Source: an uncultured Candidatus Saccharibacteria bacterium (lineage in GTDB: Bacteria > Patescibacteriota > WWE3 > 2-01-FULL-39-13). Taken from it: DNA of 64,000 nt. Location: assembly GCA_965230915.1 (NCBI GenBank), contig OZ246395.1, forward strand, positions 600,935 to 664,934. The letters are read 5' to 3'. Below are positions 38,501 to 48,810 of the stretch, piece after piece; position 1 is the first letter of the stretch, and the number at the start of each line of letters is the position of its first letter. The position numbers were made by a program, and so were the translations under genes. Under the pieces are notes generated by a model. That model was not told the origin of the DNA, searched no databases, and saw only the letters and a program-made list of their open reading frames with translations.

Positions 38501-39562
38501 TCACTTTCCTAAAATTTGCAATTTTAATTTTTGAATAAATTGCATAAGTGTATTTAACTTGCTAATTGTAATTCCGTAAAGGACATATCCTCCCCACTTT
38601 AATTTATATTGATTAATATTTTGAATCTTTTCACTAGATTCATCATTAACATTAATCATGCTCAAATCCATAAAGTCATAACCCTTGATATTGCCAACCT
38701 TCAAAAGATGCCACTTTAGCGCATCTCCACCGGGAATTTTAGCTTCACGACTATACTTTGTCGCAAACATACTGAATTCAGACATCGTTTTGCCACAATA
38801 CATTATGGCTGAGCCAGCTAATACTTTTCCATCTGAATATGCCAGATAATATTTTATCTCGCCGTGTGATTCGTTTACCAATGTAACATAATACCCAACC
38901 GGATTCATACTCAAACCGTATGATTTCCAGCTAATTTTTAGATATTCATAAAAGTCTTTAGCCTCGGCTTCTTTAACTTCAATTCCAAATTGTTCAGACC
39001 TTCTGATTTGTCTTCTTAAATCACCAGGCAATGACTCCAATTTATTATCAATGTCAAAATCTAACGGAATTCTAACTGTTGCTATTAAATCTGAACCATA
39101 AATTTTACTCTTTAAGTTTTTTGCATTATCTAAACTTCTAAAACAAACAAAATCTGCAGGCATTATATTTACATTACGGCTTTCTGCCAAAGAATTAATA
39201 TACTTTAGAATATCTACTGATATATCTACAAAAGTTTCTTCGTCGAAGTTTTTGTCTAAAATTACTGGCTGCAAATGCATATTCATACTTCTTAAAAAAT
39301 TTATTTTAGAAATTGCTTGTAGAAATACTTTTGGAAAGTTTAATAGAAGCACGCCGCCAATAAGTACTTCATAAATTAGAACCAAAATAGATCTTTTATT
39401 GTCTATTAAGATCTCAAGGTATAGACCTTTACCTATCCCCATTTGTTCGTATGACTTCGCCCATTTTGATGTAGATGTATATACACCATAATTTTCTTCT
39501 ATAGTTTTGTCCCACCATTCTGGTGCAATGGTATGCAATTTAAAATCAATTTTTCTCGGCAT
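38501..39562 (-). CDS. FemAB/GNAT-like acyl/aminoacyl transferase
   Basis: LRRQIRRSEQFGIEV, LKWHLLK...DL, YKLKWGG: Fem-family pattern. Confidence 0.7.
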   Translation of the reverse strand: MPRKIDFKLHTIAPEWWDKTIEENYGVYTSTSKWAKSYEQMGIGKGLYLEILIDNKRSILVLIYEVLIGGVLLLNFPKVFLQAISKINFLRSMNMHLQPVILDKNFDEETFVDISVDILKYINSLAESRNVNIMPADFVCFRSLDNAKNLKSKIYGSDLIATVRIPLDFDIDNKLESLPGDLRRQIRRSEQFGIEVKEAEAKDFYEYLKISWKSYGLSMNPVGYYVTLVNESHGEIKYYLAYSDGKVLAGSAIMYCGKTMSEFSMFATKYSREAKIPGGDALKWHLLKVGNIKGYDFMDLSMINVNDESSEKIQNINQYKLKWGGYVLYGITISKLNTLMQFIQKLKLQILGK

Positions 39563-40475
39563 AATGATTGAGTAGCGTTCCGGTCAACATATAAATGTAT
39601 CCGTCCCGAATACCATACAAACCTGAAATTATCATTTGTTTTTCTTTAAGTCTAATTAAATGTCCAATATAATAAATTGTATATAAGTGGGAAAATACTA
39701 AAGTGAAAGTTAATTTCTGCCAAAAGGTCGCCCATTTTTTTATAAAAACAAAACGGTTTCGCATTAAATAATAAAATCTCCAAGGAGACCCACCCATATG
39801 TCTAACAGACATTTTAGAAAAATCCATTTTCGGAGATTTGTGATAAACCTTTAATTCGGTACATTGGAAAACTTCGTATTCTGCCTTTCGAACTTTTTCG
39901 GCATAATCAGCTTCTGAAAATGTTTGAACTATTTCATCAGAGAAACCACCTGTTTCTTTTAAAACTTTTAAGCGGGTAAAAAATGCATTTGGAACATCAT
40001 GTGTCTTCACTAAACCATTCTCCGATTCTATTTCATGCGAATTAACGCCTATAAAAGTTGTCTTGCCCGTATATTTATTAAAAATTGTCGGACCAAACTG
40101 AATTAAACTTGGATCATCAAAGTAGTAAGTAATACATCCTAAAATTCCGGTTTTTTCATTTTTGTTAAATTGAGTAATTGCTTTATCAAAGAAATCTGAA
40201 TCTTTTATTTCATTATCATCATCTATAAACAAAACAATTTCATGTTTTGCAGCACGCCAGCCTGCATTCCTACTTTTTATTAAACCTGATCGCCGCGGAT
40301 TTTTTATAAAATTTACTTTGTACTTTGAAAGAAGTTCATCTTTAAAATCTTCCTCTGAAAAATCATCTATTACAATAATTTCATATTCAGACTTAGGTGG
40401 ATTTATTTTAATACTTGCTAGTAAATCGAAGAGATTTTGCCTTCGATCTCGGGTTGTAATGACTATAGATATCAT
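39546..40475 (-). CDS. GT2 glycosyltransferase
   Basis: IIVIDDFS, SRNAG, LFIDDD, YYLMRNR. Confidence 0.87.
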   Translation of the reverse strand: MISIVITTRDRRQNLFDLLASIKINPPKSEYEIIVIDDFSEEDFKDELLSKYKVNFIKNPRRSGLIKSRNAGWRAAKHEIVLFIDDDNEIKDSDFFDKAITQFNKNEKTGILGCITYYFDDPSLIQFGPTIFNKYTGKTTFIGVNSHEIESENGLVKTHDVPNAFFTRLKVLKETGGFSDEIVQTFSEADYAEKVRKAEYEVFQCTELKVYHKSPKMDFSKMSVRHMGGSPWRFYYLMRNRFVFIKKWATFWQKLTFTLVFSHLYTIYYIGHLIRLKEKQMIISGLYGIRDGYIYMLTGTLLNHYAEKN

Positions 40476-41308
40476 TTGCTTTGGATCTTATTAACATAAA
40501 ACCCTAGTTTATACGGCACCCCTTTTATAATAAGAAGCATAATAGAGCCCAAACTTGCTGTAACCAAGCCTTTTTTGAATAACCCAGTTCTGAAATGCTC
40601 TTTTTTATTTAGAAGTTCATCGTATTTGCCATATCTTGCACCTGTGCTGGTTTTCCCCCACCTATAAAACTTTTTCATCATTGGAAAAAGTTCATTAGGC
40701 TCTATGTGTCGAACGCACAAATCGGCATAACCTACTTTTTTAGAAATACTCCATGCCTCGTAATAAATAATTGCGTGGTCTTGCCCCCCAACTTTTTCTA
40801 AAATTTCATTTGGAATATTTTCGAATGCTCTTAATAGCAATTCTTTTTTATAAAAACGTGGCAAAACAACCCCTGTATAAGGGCTCAAATCTTTTATAGA
40901 GTTTATAAGCTGCCGATCATATTCAAATAATTTCTCTAAAAATTTTTTATTGCTATAGACAGTCTCTTCTAAAATTACCATGTCGAAACCTTGATTTACT
41001 TGATCAACACATTTTTCTAATGCATCTGGATCTAAAATCTGATCGCTATCTAGCATTAATACATATTCGCCATTAGCAGCCTTAGCACCTTCATATCTTG
41101 AAGCTAAAAGAGAACGCTTGTCGTGAATAATATTTTTGTACCCGAGGCTTTCAATTATTTCTACAGTTTTATCTTTAGATCCTCCGTCAATAAAATTTAA
41201 CTCAACATTTTTGTATGTCTGATTTTTAATCGCATCGAGACATAGTTTTATGAATTTTTCACTATTATAAGTAGGTATTGAAATCGTAATTAATGGCTGG
41301 TTATTCAT
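40472..41308 (-). CDS. GT2 glycosyltransferase
   Basis: IPTYNSE, IDGGSKDKT, LMLDSD. Confidence 0.87.
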   Translation of the reverse strand: MNNQPLITISIPTYNSEKFIKLCLDAIKNQTYKNVELNFIDGGSKDKTVEIIESLGYKNIIHDKRSLLASRYEGAKAANGEYVLMLDSDQILDPDALEKCVDQVNQGFDMVILEETVYSNKKFLEKLFEYDRQLINSIKDLSPYTGVVLPRFYKKELLLRAFENIPNEILEKVGGQDHAIIYYEAWSISKKVGYADLCVRHIEPNELFPMMKKFYRWGKTSTGARYGKYDELLNKKEHFRTGLFKKGLVTASLGSIMLLIIKGVPYKLGFYVNKIQSK

Positions 41309-41309
41309 A

Positions 41310-42434
41310 TTATTTAATAATATTATAAAACTTTTCCGAGTTTACATCCCAATCGAACTGTTTCGAATATTCAATTGAACTTTTACACATTTTTTCGTAA
41401 TCACCATTTAGAATTTTCTCGATTTTTGCTGACATGTCATCTACTGAATCGCTTTCGCACAAATAACCGCTAACACCATCTTTTACTGAGTCAACATTTC
41501 CGGGAACCCTAAATGCGACTACCGGAGTTCCTTGGCTATTTGCTTCAACATTAACCATTCCCCACCCTTCTTTATAGGAAGCATTTATTAATACATGTGA
41601 TGTTCTTAATAAATCTATTTTTTGCTCCTCTGTTATAAATCCTAAAAAAATTACTGAGCCTTCAATTTTTAGTGATTTACATTTTCCTTTTAGGAATTCT
41701 ATATATTCCGGTTCTCCTTTACCCGCAATTTGTAAAATTGCATCAGGGTTAGTTTCTTTAAACTTTTTAAAGACTTCGAGTGTAATTTCAATACCTTTCA
41801 TTTTTACGACCCTATTTAGAAAAACTAATGTTGTTCGCTTTTCTTTTTCGCACGGTTTATCTACAGGCTTTAAGTTCAAACAGTTTCTTACCAAGTTTAT
41901 ATTTTTCTCAGGAATTCCCAATTTAATTAATTCATCTACAATACTTTCTGCTCCAGTTACAACCTGTTTGTTTTTATATGGAATAAATATGAATTTTTCA
42001 GAAAGTGGACCTAGCACATTCGCCGGAAACTTAAACATCTGTCTCCAGATCACGCCAGCTACTTCATGAATATATAAAATTATCTTTGAGCTTGAAAAAA
42101 GTGGCGTAAAATAAGGCAAACCATGTACTTCGTCTATAACAACATCAAATTTGCCTAGTTTAAATAGATACTGATATAAGACTGAAAACCAGAATATCGG
42201 ATATGAATAAAATAATTGAAATTGGCTGCTTCTTTTTAGCGGAATACCGAGGTAAATAAACTTAATGCCTTCGGATTCTTCAGACTTGATGTGCTTATTA
42301 TATGTGGCTGAAACCCATACTATCTCAGCACCATGGTTCTTAACCCATCGCTTTGCATGCTGAAATGTTGCTATTTCAGCTCCGCCCGAGAGCGGATCAT
42401 TTATTGATCTCCAATTCAAAATTAAAATTCGCAC
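41310..42434 (-). CDS. GT4 glycosyltransferase
   Basis: NWRSINDPLSGGAE, RVVKMKG, SYKEGWGMVNVEAN. Confidence 0.88.
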   Translation of the reverse strand: MRILILNWRSINDPLSGGAEIATFQHAKRWVKNHGAEIVWVSATYNKHIKSEESEGIKFIYLGIPLKRSSQFQLFYSYPIFWFSVLYQYLFKLGKFDVVIDEVHGLPYFTPLFSSSKIILYIHEVAGVIWRQMFKFPANVLGPLSEKFIFIPYKNKQVVTGAESIVDELIKLGIPEKNINLVRNCLNLKPVDKPCEKEKRTTLVFLNRVVKMKGIEITLEVFKKFKETNPDAILQIAGKGEPEYIEFLKGKCKSLKIEGSVIFLGFITEEQKIDLLRTSHVLINASYKEGWGMVNVEANSQGTPVVAFRVPGNVDSVKDGVSGYLCESDSVDDMSAKIEKILNGDYEKMCKSSIEYSKQFDWDVNSEKFYNIIK

Positions 42435-42525
42435 GAGCTAATTTTACGGGATAACTGTGATTCTGCATAATATACTTTTATGTTTAATCTGTGTTATAAA
42501 AATATTATTATCCTGCCACAAATAT

Positions 42526-44598
42526 ATGAAGTATAAAATTGAAAGATATCCATTCAATAAGGATTGCGTTGTTGCAATTACTATTGATGACCTACACCCC
42601 GAAAATAAAAATAATAAAAACAACCTAGACTTCGGATATGATTTCAATGAAAAATTTTGGAATCAAATTAAGAAAACAAAGCAATCAATTAGCGAAATAA
42701 AGTTTACAATTTTCACCGTAGCAAATTGGATCGATATTTCAGACTATCCATCTGGAATTCTTTTTCCTCTTCGTAAAATTTATCGAAAAAGACAATCATA
42801 CAAACAAAACACTTTTAACATCGAAGATGAAAAGTATAAAAACTGGATCGATACTTTAAATGAATTAAGTTCTGATGGGTCAATCGAATATGCCCTTCAT
42901 GGTTTGCATCACCATAATCCAAGTTTGGACGGAGCTCACAGCCAGGAATTCCTTAATCTAGATAAAAATACTTTCATCAAAACAATCGAAGACATGATTA
43001 AAAGCTTCAAGAAAAGCGGACTAAACTTTGCAAAAGGTTTTCGCCCACCAGGATGGGGATTAAATATTGAGAAAATAAAGTGGTTAGAAGACACAAAAAT
43101 AAATTATATTGCTGCATCATCAGACTTTAAAACTCCAATTAAAGAAACCCTAACAAATGCCACAGGTTTAAAGAATGTAAATTTATATGAACCTACAGAA
43201 TATAATAAAATCCTGAACTTTAATGCAAATTGTTACCCGAATCAATATAAGCGAGCTATAGAAATTGCAAGACAAAACGGAATTATTATAATTCACTGCC
43301 ATATAGCCCCGACAGAATTTGGTCTAAAATACGTTGATAAAAATTTCACAAAAAACATTTCTAAAGTAGTCAGAGAGATCAAATATCAAACTGGAAAATC
43401 TATATGGTTCGCAACATTATCAGAAATCTATAACCATTTTGAAAATCTAAAAAACATAAGACACAGTGTTACTAATAATAGAATTAGAATTGAAAACTTA
43501 TCAGACAAAGAAATAAGCGGACTAACTTTAACAATAAATAACCGAAAGCACGTAATTAATAAAATAGCACCTCGACAAGAAATCGAAATCGACCCAGCAT
43601 CTTATCGGCTAGAGCCCATAAAAGTTTCTGCAATTCTTACTGTTTATAATGGGGCCCAAAATGTGATTCCATCTCTTCAAAGCTTATGTGACCAAAACTA
43701 TAAGAATCTCGAAATAATTGTTGTAAATGACGGATCGACCGACAACACCGCCTCGGTTTTAAGCGACTATGTAAGAACGAGTGGCGACACAAGAATAAAA
43801 CTAATTACCCAACAAAATGGCGGTCGATCAAAGGCCCGCAATACAGGATTTAATATGTCTTCTGGCGAAATTATTACATTTTGTGAAGATGACGCGCTTT
43901 ATACAAAAGACTATATAAAACGCGGTATATCCCATTTTAGGCAGCCTAATCGAAAACTCGGAGGTGTTATCGGCCCGCACTATGTCTGGAACCGAGATGA
44001 TAGCCTTAATACCATCGCAAAAGACATAGAACGCCGTCGAAATTTCGACAATTATAAGCCAAAATCATGCTGGTTCTACCGACGAGAAGTTTTTGAAAGT
44101 ATAGGTCTGTTTAATGAAAGCTTAGAGCTAGTAGAAGATGTCGAACCAGCCATTAAGCTTGCAAAAGAAGGCTATTTTTTCGAATTTGAGCCAGCCTCAA
44201 TCTGGCTTCATAGGGAACCTGCAGACCTTTTAAAATACCTTCGTAGAAAATATCGGGGAGGAGTCGGAATGGCTTTAATGCAGAAAGTAGGCATGCGTGA
44301 CACAATCGTTCCGGTTGAGTATATTGCAATAGCCATTGCAGCAGCTGCGGTGGTTTTTATAACATTATTAACCTCGCCCTTTCTATTTGCATTGTTATTA
44401 AGTTTTGCCCCGGCTGTATTACTTTTAATCAGATTCAAAGATTACGTTAAAGCAATCAGGCTTTCACCCGATCCAATATACATAACGTTATTATCCATAT
44501 ATATAGAATATATATGGTGGGTAGCAACATTATCTGGATATGTTCGAGGACTTTTCATGACTCCGAATCAAATTAATAAATATCTTAAAGGCCGTTAA
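42526..44598 (+). CDS. Fusion of polysaccharide-deacetylase-like (NodB/DUF2334) domain and GT2 with C-terminal TMs
   Basis: TIDDLHP, LHGLHH, GFRPPGW; then VVNDGSTD, ARNTG, EDD, EDVE. Probable start at ATG 42526 (MKYKIER). Confidence 0.8.
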   Translation: MKYKIERYPFNKDCVVAITIDDLHPENKNNKNNLDFGYDFNEKFWNQIKKTKQSISEIKFTIFTVANWIDISDYPSGILFPLRKIYRKRQSYKQNTFNIEDEKYKNWIDTLNELSSDGSIEYALHGLHHHNPSLDGAHSQEFLNLDKNTFIKTIEDMIKSFKKSGLNFAKGFRPPGWGLNIEKIKWLEDTKINYIAASSDFKTPIKETLTNATGLKNVNLYEPTEYNKILNFNANCYPNQYKRAIEIARQNGIIIIHCHIAPTEFGLKYVDKNFTKNISKVVREIKYQTGKSIWFATLSEIYNHFENLKNIRHSVTNNRIRIENLSDKEISGLTLTINNRKHVINKIAPRQEIEIDPASYRLEPIKVSAILTVYNGAQNVIPSLQSLCDQNYKNLEIIVVNDGSTDNTASVLSDYVRTSGDTRIKLITQQNGGRSKARNTGFNMSSGEIITFCEDDALYTKDYIKRGISHFRQPNRKLGGVIGPHYVWNRDDSLNTIAKDIERRRNFDNYKPKSCWFYRREVFESIGLFNESLELVEDVEPAIKLAKEGYFFEFEPASIWLHREPADLLKYLRRKYRGGVGMALMQKVGMRDTIVPVEYIAIAIAAAAVVFITLLTSPFLFALLLSFAPAVLLLIRFKDYVKAIRLSPDPIYITLLSIYIEYIWWVATLSGYVRGLFMTPNQINKYLKGR

Positions 44599-44628
44599 GG
44601 CAAAATATTTTGATAGAATGAATCAAGA

Positions 44629-45438
44629 ATGGATAATCCAAAAGTAAGTGTAATAATTCCGGTTTATAACGCAGAAAAATACATTGGGGAGGCCGTTGAT
44701 AGCATTTTAAGACAGACTTTTAAAGATTTTGAAATTATTATTCTTGACGACGCTTCAACAGATAAAACACCCGAAATAATTTCATCATATAAAGACGACC
44801 GAATAAAAGTTTATAGAAACGAAAAGAATTTATATATTGCGGGCAATCGAAATAAAGGTGTTGCATTGTCAAAAGGCAAATACATCATGTGGCAAGATGC
44901 CGACGATATTTCAATGCCAGATCGAATGGAAGTTCAATATAATTTAATGGAATCCAACCCCAAAATTGGCATCTGCGGATCATACTTAGAGATTTTTGAT
45001 GAAGGAGGAACTTCCCATATAAGAAAATATAAAACTAACGATAAAGAAGTCAGGCGAACAATCTTTAGATACTCACCGGTCGCACAACCTTCGGCAATGA
45101 TTCGCAAAGAGTGTTTTGATAAGTTTGGGTTATATAGTTTAGATATGCCGCCTGCTGAAGATATAGAAATGTCATTCAGAATTGGACAAGAATATGAATT
45201 TGCAAATATACCACGTCCACTTATCAGATATAGAGTCCATAATAAGTCAGCTACTTTTGCAAAATTAAAACAAACTGAAAACAATACACTAATAACCCGC
45301 CAAAGATTTAAGAATAATCTTGCTTACAATTATACATTCAATGATTCTGTCTATAACTTAATACAAAAAATCACACTAGATTTAATGCCGTCTGAATTTC
45401 GAATTCATTTATTTAATTTTATTAGGAGATTTATATGA
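44629..45438 (+). CDS. GT2 glycosyltransferase
   Basis: VSVIIPVYN, DDASTD, QDADD, AEDIE. Confidence 0.9.
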   Translation: MDNPKVSVIIPVYNAEKYIGEAVDSILRQTFKDFEIIILDDASTDKTPEIISSYKDDRIKVYRNEKNLYIAGNRNKGVALSKGKYIMWQDADDISMPDRMEVQYNLMESNPKIGICGSYLEIFDEGGTSHIRKYKTNDKEVRRTIFRYSPVAQPSAMIRKECFDKFGLYSLDMPPAEDIEMSFRIGQEYEFANIPRPLIRYRVHNKSATFAKLKQTENNTLITRQRFKNNLAYNYTFNDSVYNLIQKITLDLMPSEFRIHLFNFIRRFI

Positions 45439-46310
45439 TACGCGTAATACTTATGGGCGGACTCGGCAATCAAATGTTTCAGTATGCAGCTGCAAAATCC
45501 TTGGCTATAAAGAATAATACTGATTTATATTTAGACTTAAGTTTTTTAAATACACGCCTTCCAATTAAAGGTTTTACAATTAGAAATTATGAACTTGACC
45601 TCTTTAAAGTACAAGATCAAACAGGTACGTTTTTTGGCGTTAACTTTTTGGATAAATATTTTTCTTACGCAACGGAACACTTTATAAATAAATACTTAAA
45701 CCCCGGCTACTATATAGAAGGGCCTAACCCATATGAATTTAATGAAAAATTTTTTAGTCTTGGACCGGAAACAACATTAAACGGCTATTTCAATAATCCA
45801 AAATATTTTGAACCATACGAAAATGAGATTAGAAGAGTATTCGATTTAGGCAAATTCTATGATGCCAAATACAACAAAATCGAAAGCAAAATTAAGGACA
45901 CCGAGTCAGTCTCGATAAATATCCGGCGCGGAGATTATCTAAATAGCAAACATAAAGATATTTTCGCATTCCTTGATGAAAACTATTATAAGCAAGCTAT
46001 AGATGAAATTCGAAAAAGAATAAAAAGCCCACATTTTTTTGTGTTTTCGTACGATGATCCTGAATGGTTTGAAAAGACATTTAAAATGGATAACTCAGAA
46101 TATACAATGATGGGTAAAGAGTATGTCGGTGATAAGTTTAAGACATATCTACGGCTTATTTCTCTTTGTAAAAATAATATTATAAGCAATAGCACCTTTG
46201 CTTGGTGGGGAGCTTACCTTAATAAAAATGACGATAAATTTGTTGTATCTCCGGTTAGATGGATGAATAAATATGATTTTGATGTTCCTAATAATTGGAT
46301 AAAAATATAA
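45435..46310 (+). CDS. GT11 alpha-1,2-fucosyltransferase-like
   Basis: GGLGNQMFQYA, IRRGDY, IISNSTFAWWGAYL. Confidence 0.88.
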   Translation: MIRVILMGGLGNQMFQYAAAKSLAIKNNTDLYLDLSFLNTRLPIKGFTIRNYELDLFKVQDQTGTFFGVNFLDKYFSYATEHFINKYLNPGYYIEGPNPYEFNEKFFSLGPETTLNGYFNNPKYFEPYENEIRRVFDLGKFYDAKYNKIESKIKDTESVSINIRRGDYLNSKHKDIFAFLDENYYKQAIDEIRKRIKSPHFFVFSYDDPEWFEKTFKMDNSEYTMMGKEYVGDKFKTYLRLISLCKNNIISNSTFAWWGAYLNKNDDKFVVSPVRWMNKYDFDVPNNWIKI

Positions 46311-46311
46311 G

Positions 46312-47172
46312 ATGAATCCGAACGAAATAATAAATACTTCCTTAGCTCATCCTGACAAAAATGGCATCTGGGTTTCTAAATCCAGTTTACAAAAAACCGA
46401 CCTTAATACTCTCGAAACTTGGCAGGGAATTTATGGATTTGATGATACAAAATTTATAGAGGATCGAGAAAATTTCTTTAAAAATAAACTAGACGACCAT
46501 TTAAAATACATACTTCCAACTTATAAATTTAATTCAAATACTGTTTATCTTGAAATCGGATGTGGCCCTTCATATATAGCGGAATATCTCATGAAAAATT
46601 TCGATGTGACTTTTGTCGGAATTGATTTTAACTACAATATTTTATTAGAAATAAAAAAATATTTCGAAAAAGTTGGCTTAAAAAAATTTATTTTAATTCA
46701 AGCAGATATAAATGAAATGCCGTTAAATAAAAATTCAATAGATTTTATTTATGGTGCCGGCGTAATTGAGCATATCTCAAATACATCGGGAATTTTAAAA
46801 GATATACACAAAATTCTGAAACCAAACGGAGTTAGTTTTAATACAGTTCCTGCATTTAATTTATGGTGGATATTAAGGTTTTACAATAATATTCCATTTA
46901 CACCAGTTTTAAGAAGCTTTTTTGAGTTTTTTCATATAAAGCTTCTCAACTATTCGATTCTAAAAAAATTTTATGGATACGAATTGAGTTATACTAAAGA
47001 TTTACTATTAAAGCTTCACAGTAATGCAGGATTTAAGAACATACATACAGATCAATTCGCAATAAGTCCTTCAAAAAAATTCTCAAAGAATAAACTTTTT
47101 GTTGATATCTATATGAAATTATCGAATAATAGCTTAACTAGTCCCGTATATTGTGTTTATGGTACAAAATGA
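46312..47172 (+). CDS. Class I SAM methyltransferase
   Basis: LEIGCG, GVIEH, ILKPNG. Confidence 0.85.
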   Translation: MNPNEIINTSLAHPDKNGIWVSKSSLQKTDLNTLETWQGIYGFDDTKFIEDRENFFKNKLDDHLKYILPTYKFNSNTVYLEIGCGPSYIAEYLMKNFDVTFVGIDFNYNILLEIKKYFEKVGLKKFILIQADINEMPLNKNSIDFIYGAGVIEHISNTSGILKDIHKILKPNGVSFNTVPAFNLWWILRFYNNIPFTPVLRSFFEFFHIKLLNYSILKKFYGYELSYTKDLLLKLHSNAGFKNIHTDQFAISPSKKFSKNKLFVDIYMKLSNNSLTSPVYCVYGTK

Positions 47173-48221
47173 AAATTGCCTATTTTATTCCTCACACAAA
47201 TACAATTTATGCCGGAAGAACAATAAATGCTGGTTACAGAAATGCGTTCAAAGACCTCGGCCATGAATTCGAATTCCTAACAGCTGACCACAATCAAAAA
47301 GAATTTTACGATGATTTTTCTCCGGATATTTTATTTACAGGACTAAACTCATACGTACTCAAATTTTTAGACCTAAATTTACTAAAAAAACAGAAATCAA
47401 AAGGTACAAAGGTATTTGTAAGCATGCCTTTATGGATTTCGCCAATGGCATCATCAAGAATAAATGAAACTCCCGGGATGAGCACTAAAAGTGAGTGGAT
47501 AGACCTAATTAAATCAGATAACTTTGGAGATGTTTACTTCAATGCAATCGAAGAAAACGATGAAAGAATGCAGGGGTTCGAAAAAACTACGGGATATAAG
47601 CATTATACGATTCCACTGGCCGCCGATAAATTAAATATATACCCCGAATACTCAGAAAAATTCAAATCTGATATTTCGTACATCGGCACGTACCTTCCGG
47701 AGAAAAGGAATTTCATACAAAATCAGGTTTTTCCACTAAAAAACAAATATGATCTACAGTTATATGGCCAAGATTGGACGTTCTCAGACCGGTCATTCGG
47801 CTTTATCAGTAAGATAGGAAAATATTTTAACTTACCAATAATAAAAGACATACAAAAGCCAAAGCTTAATCTCGATGATGAAAGAAAAATTTATACTTCT
47901 TCACAGATTTCTATAAATATTCATGAAGACTATCAAAAAAAATACGGCGGTGATTGTAATGAACGAACATTTAAAATTCCGCTTGCTAGAGGATTTCAAA
48001 TCTCAGACGATGTAGCTTGCATTAAAAAATATTTCGAAGACGGTAAAGAAATCATAATTGCAAAAGATAAAAAAGAATGGTTTGATAAGATAGATTATTA
48101 TATGAAAAACCCCGATAAAAGGGACTTAATAATAGAAGCGGGACATAAAAAAGTTATGGAACACCACACATATCATAATCGGGTTCAAAGCTTATTAAAT
48201 ATATATGGAAGACTCAAATAA
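47169..48221 (+). CDS. CgeB-like glycosyltransferase (Glyco_trans_1_2)
   Basis: DISYIG, ISINIHE, NERTFKI, HTYHNRV. ATG 47169 overlaps the previous stop (ATGA). Confidence 0.8.
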   Translation: MKIAYFIPHTNTIYAGRTINAGYRNAFKDLGHEFEFLTADHNQKEFYDDFSPDILFTGLNSYVLKFLDLNLLKKQKSKGTKVFVSMPLWISPMASSRINETPGMSTKSEWIDLIKSDNFGDVYFNAIEENDERMQGFEKTTGYKHYTIPLAADKLNIYPEYSEKFKSDISYIGTYLPEKRNFIQNQVFPLKNKYDLQLYGQDWTFSDRSFGFISKIGKYFNLPIIKDIQKPKLNLDDERKIYTSSQISINIHEDYQKKYGGDCNERTFKIPLARGFQISDDVACIKKYFEDGKEIIIAKDKKEWFDKIDYYMKNPDKRDLIIEAGHKKVMEHHTYHNRVQSLLNIYGRLK

Positions 48222-48810
48222 AGTAATACTAAATCTGGGCTGTGGAACCACACGTATCCCCGGCACAATAGGTGTTGATAAATTCAAAATTGGCGATTTT
48301 GTAGATGTTATACACGACCTGAACATTACGCCCTACCCTTTCGAAGATAATTCTATAGATAAGATACATATGTACCATGTTTTAGAACACCTTAATAATC
48401 CCCTAGAAAAGATGGAAGAATTACATCGTATTTTAAAGCCAGGTGGGAAGCTTTATATAAGAGTTCCACATTTTTCATCAATGGGAGCATTTTCAGATAT
48501 TACACATATAAGGCCATTTGGCTACACAAGCTTCGACTACTTTCAACCACATACATATCATAATTTCTATACTAAAAAGCGCTTCAGTATATTAAAAAAG
48601 GAAATAAAATACTTTGGCCTCTATCCGAATTCAGGAACTTATGAAAAATATGTTCACAATAATAAGTGTCACCCGGTAGCTCGTCCTTTTGTTTTAGCAA
48701 TAAATTTTCTAGTAAAGCTTTCCCCCATACTATTTGAAAGATTCTGGTGCTACTGGGTCGGTGGAGCAACCGAGATAGTCATTAACCTACAAAAAAATGA
48801 ACAATCATAA
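48205..48810 (+). CDS. Methyltransferase_11-type SAM methyltransferase
   Basis: LNLGCG, HVLEHL, RILKPGG, VPHF, DITH. Confidence 0.85.
   Translation: MEDSNKVILNLGCGTTRIPGTIGVDKFKIGDFVDVIHDLNITPYPFEDNSIDKIHMYHVLEHLNNPLEKMEELHRILKPGGKLYIRVPHFSSMGAFSDITHIRPFGYTSFDYFQPHTYHNFYTKKRFSILKKEIKYFGLYPNSGTYEKYVHNNKCHPVARPFVLAINFLVKLSPILFERFWCYWVGGATEIVINLQKNEQS

Noticed and set aside
42444-42647. 67-aa minus-strand ORF and the N-terminal extension of the 42457 ORF
   Set aside because: Both cover the divergent promoter region; the ATG at 42526 is the more plausible start.
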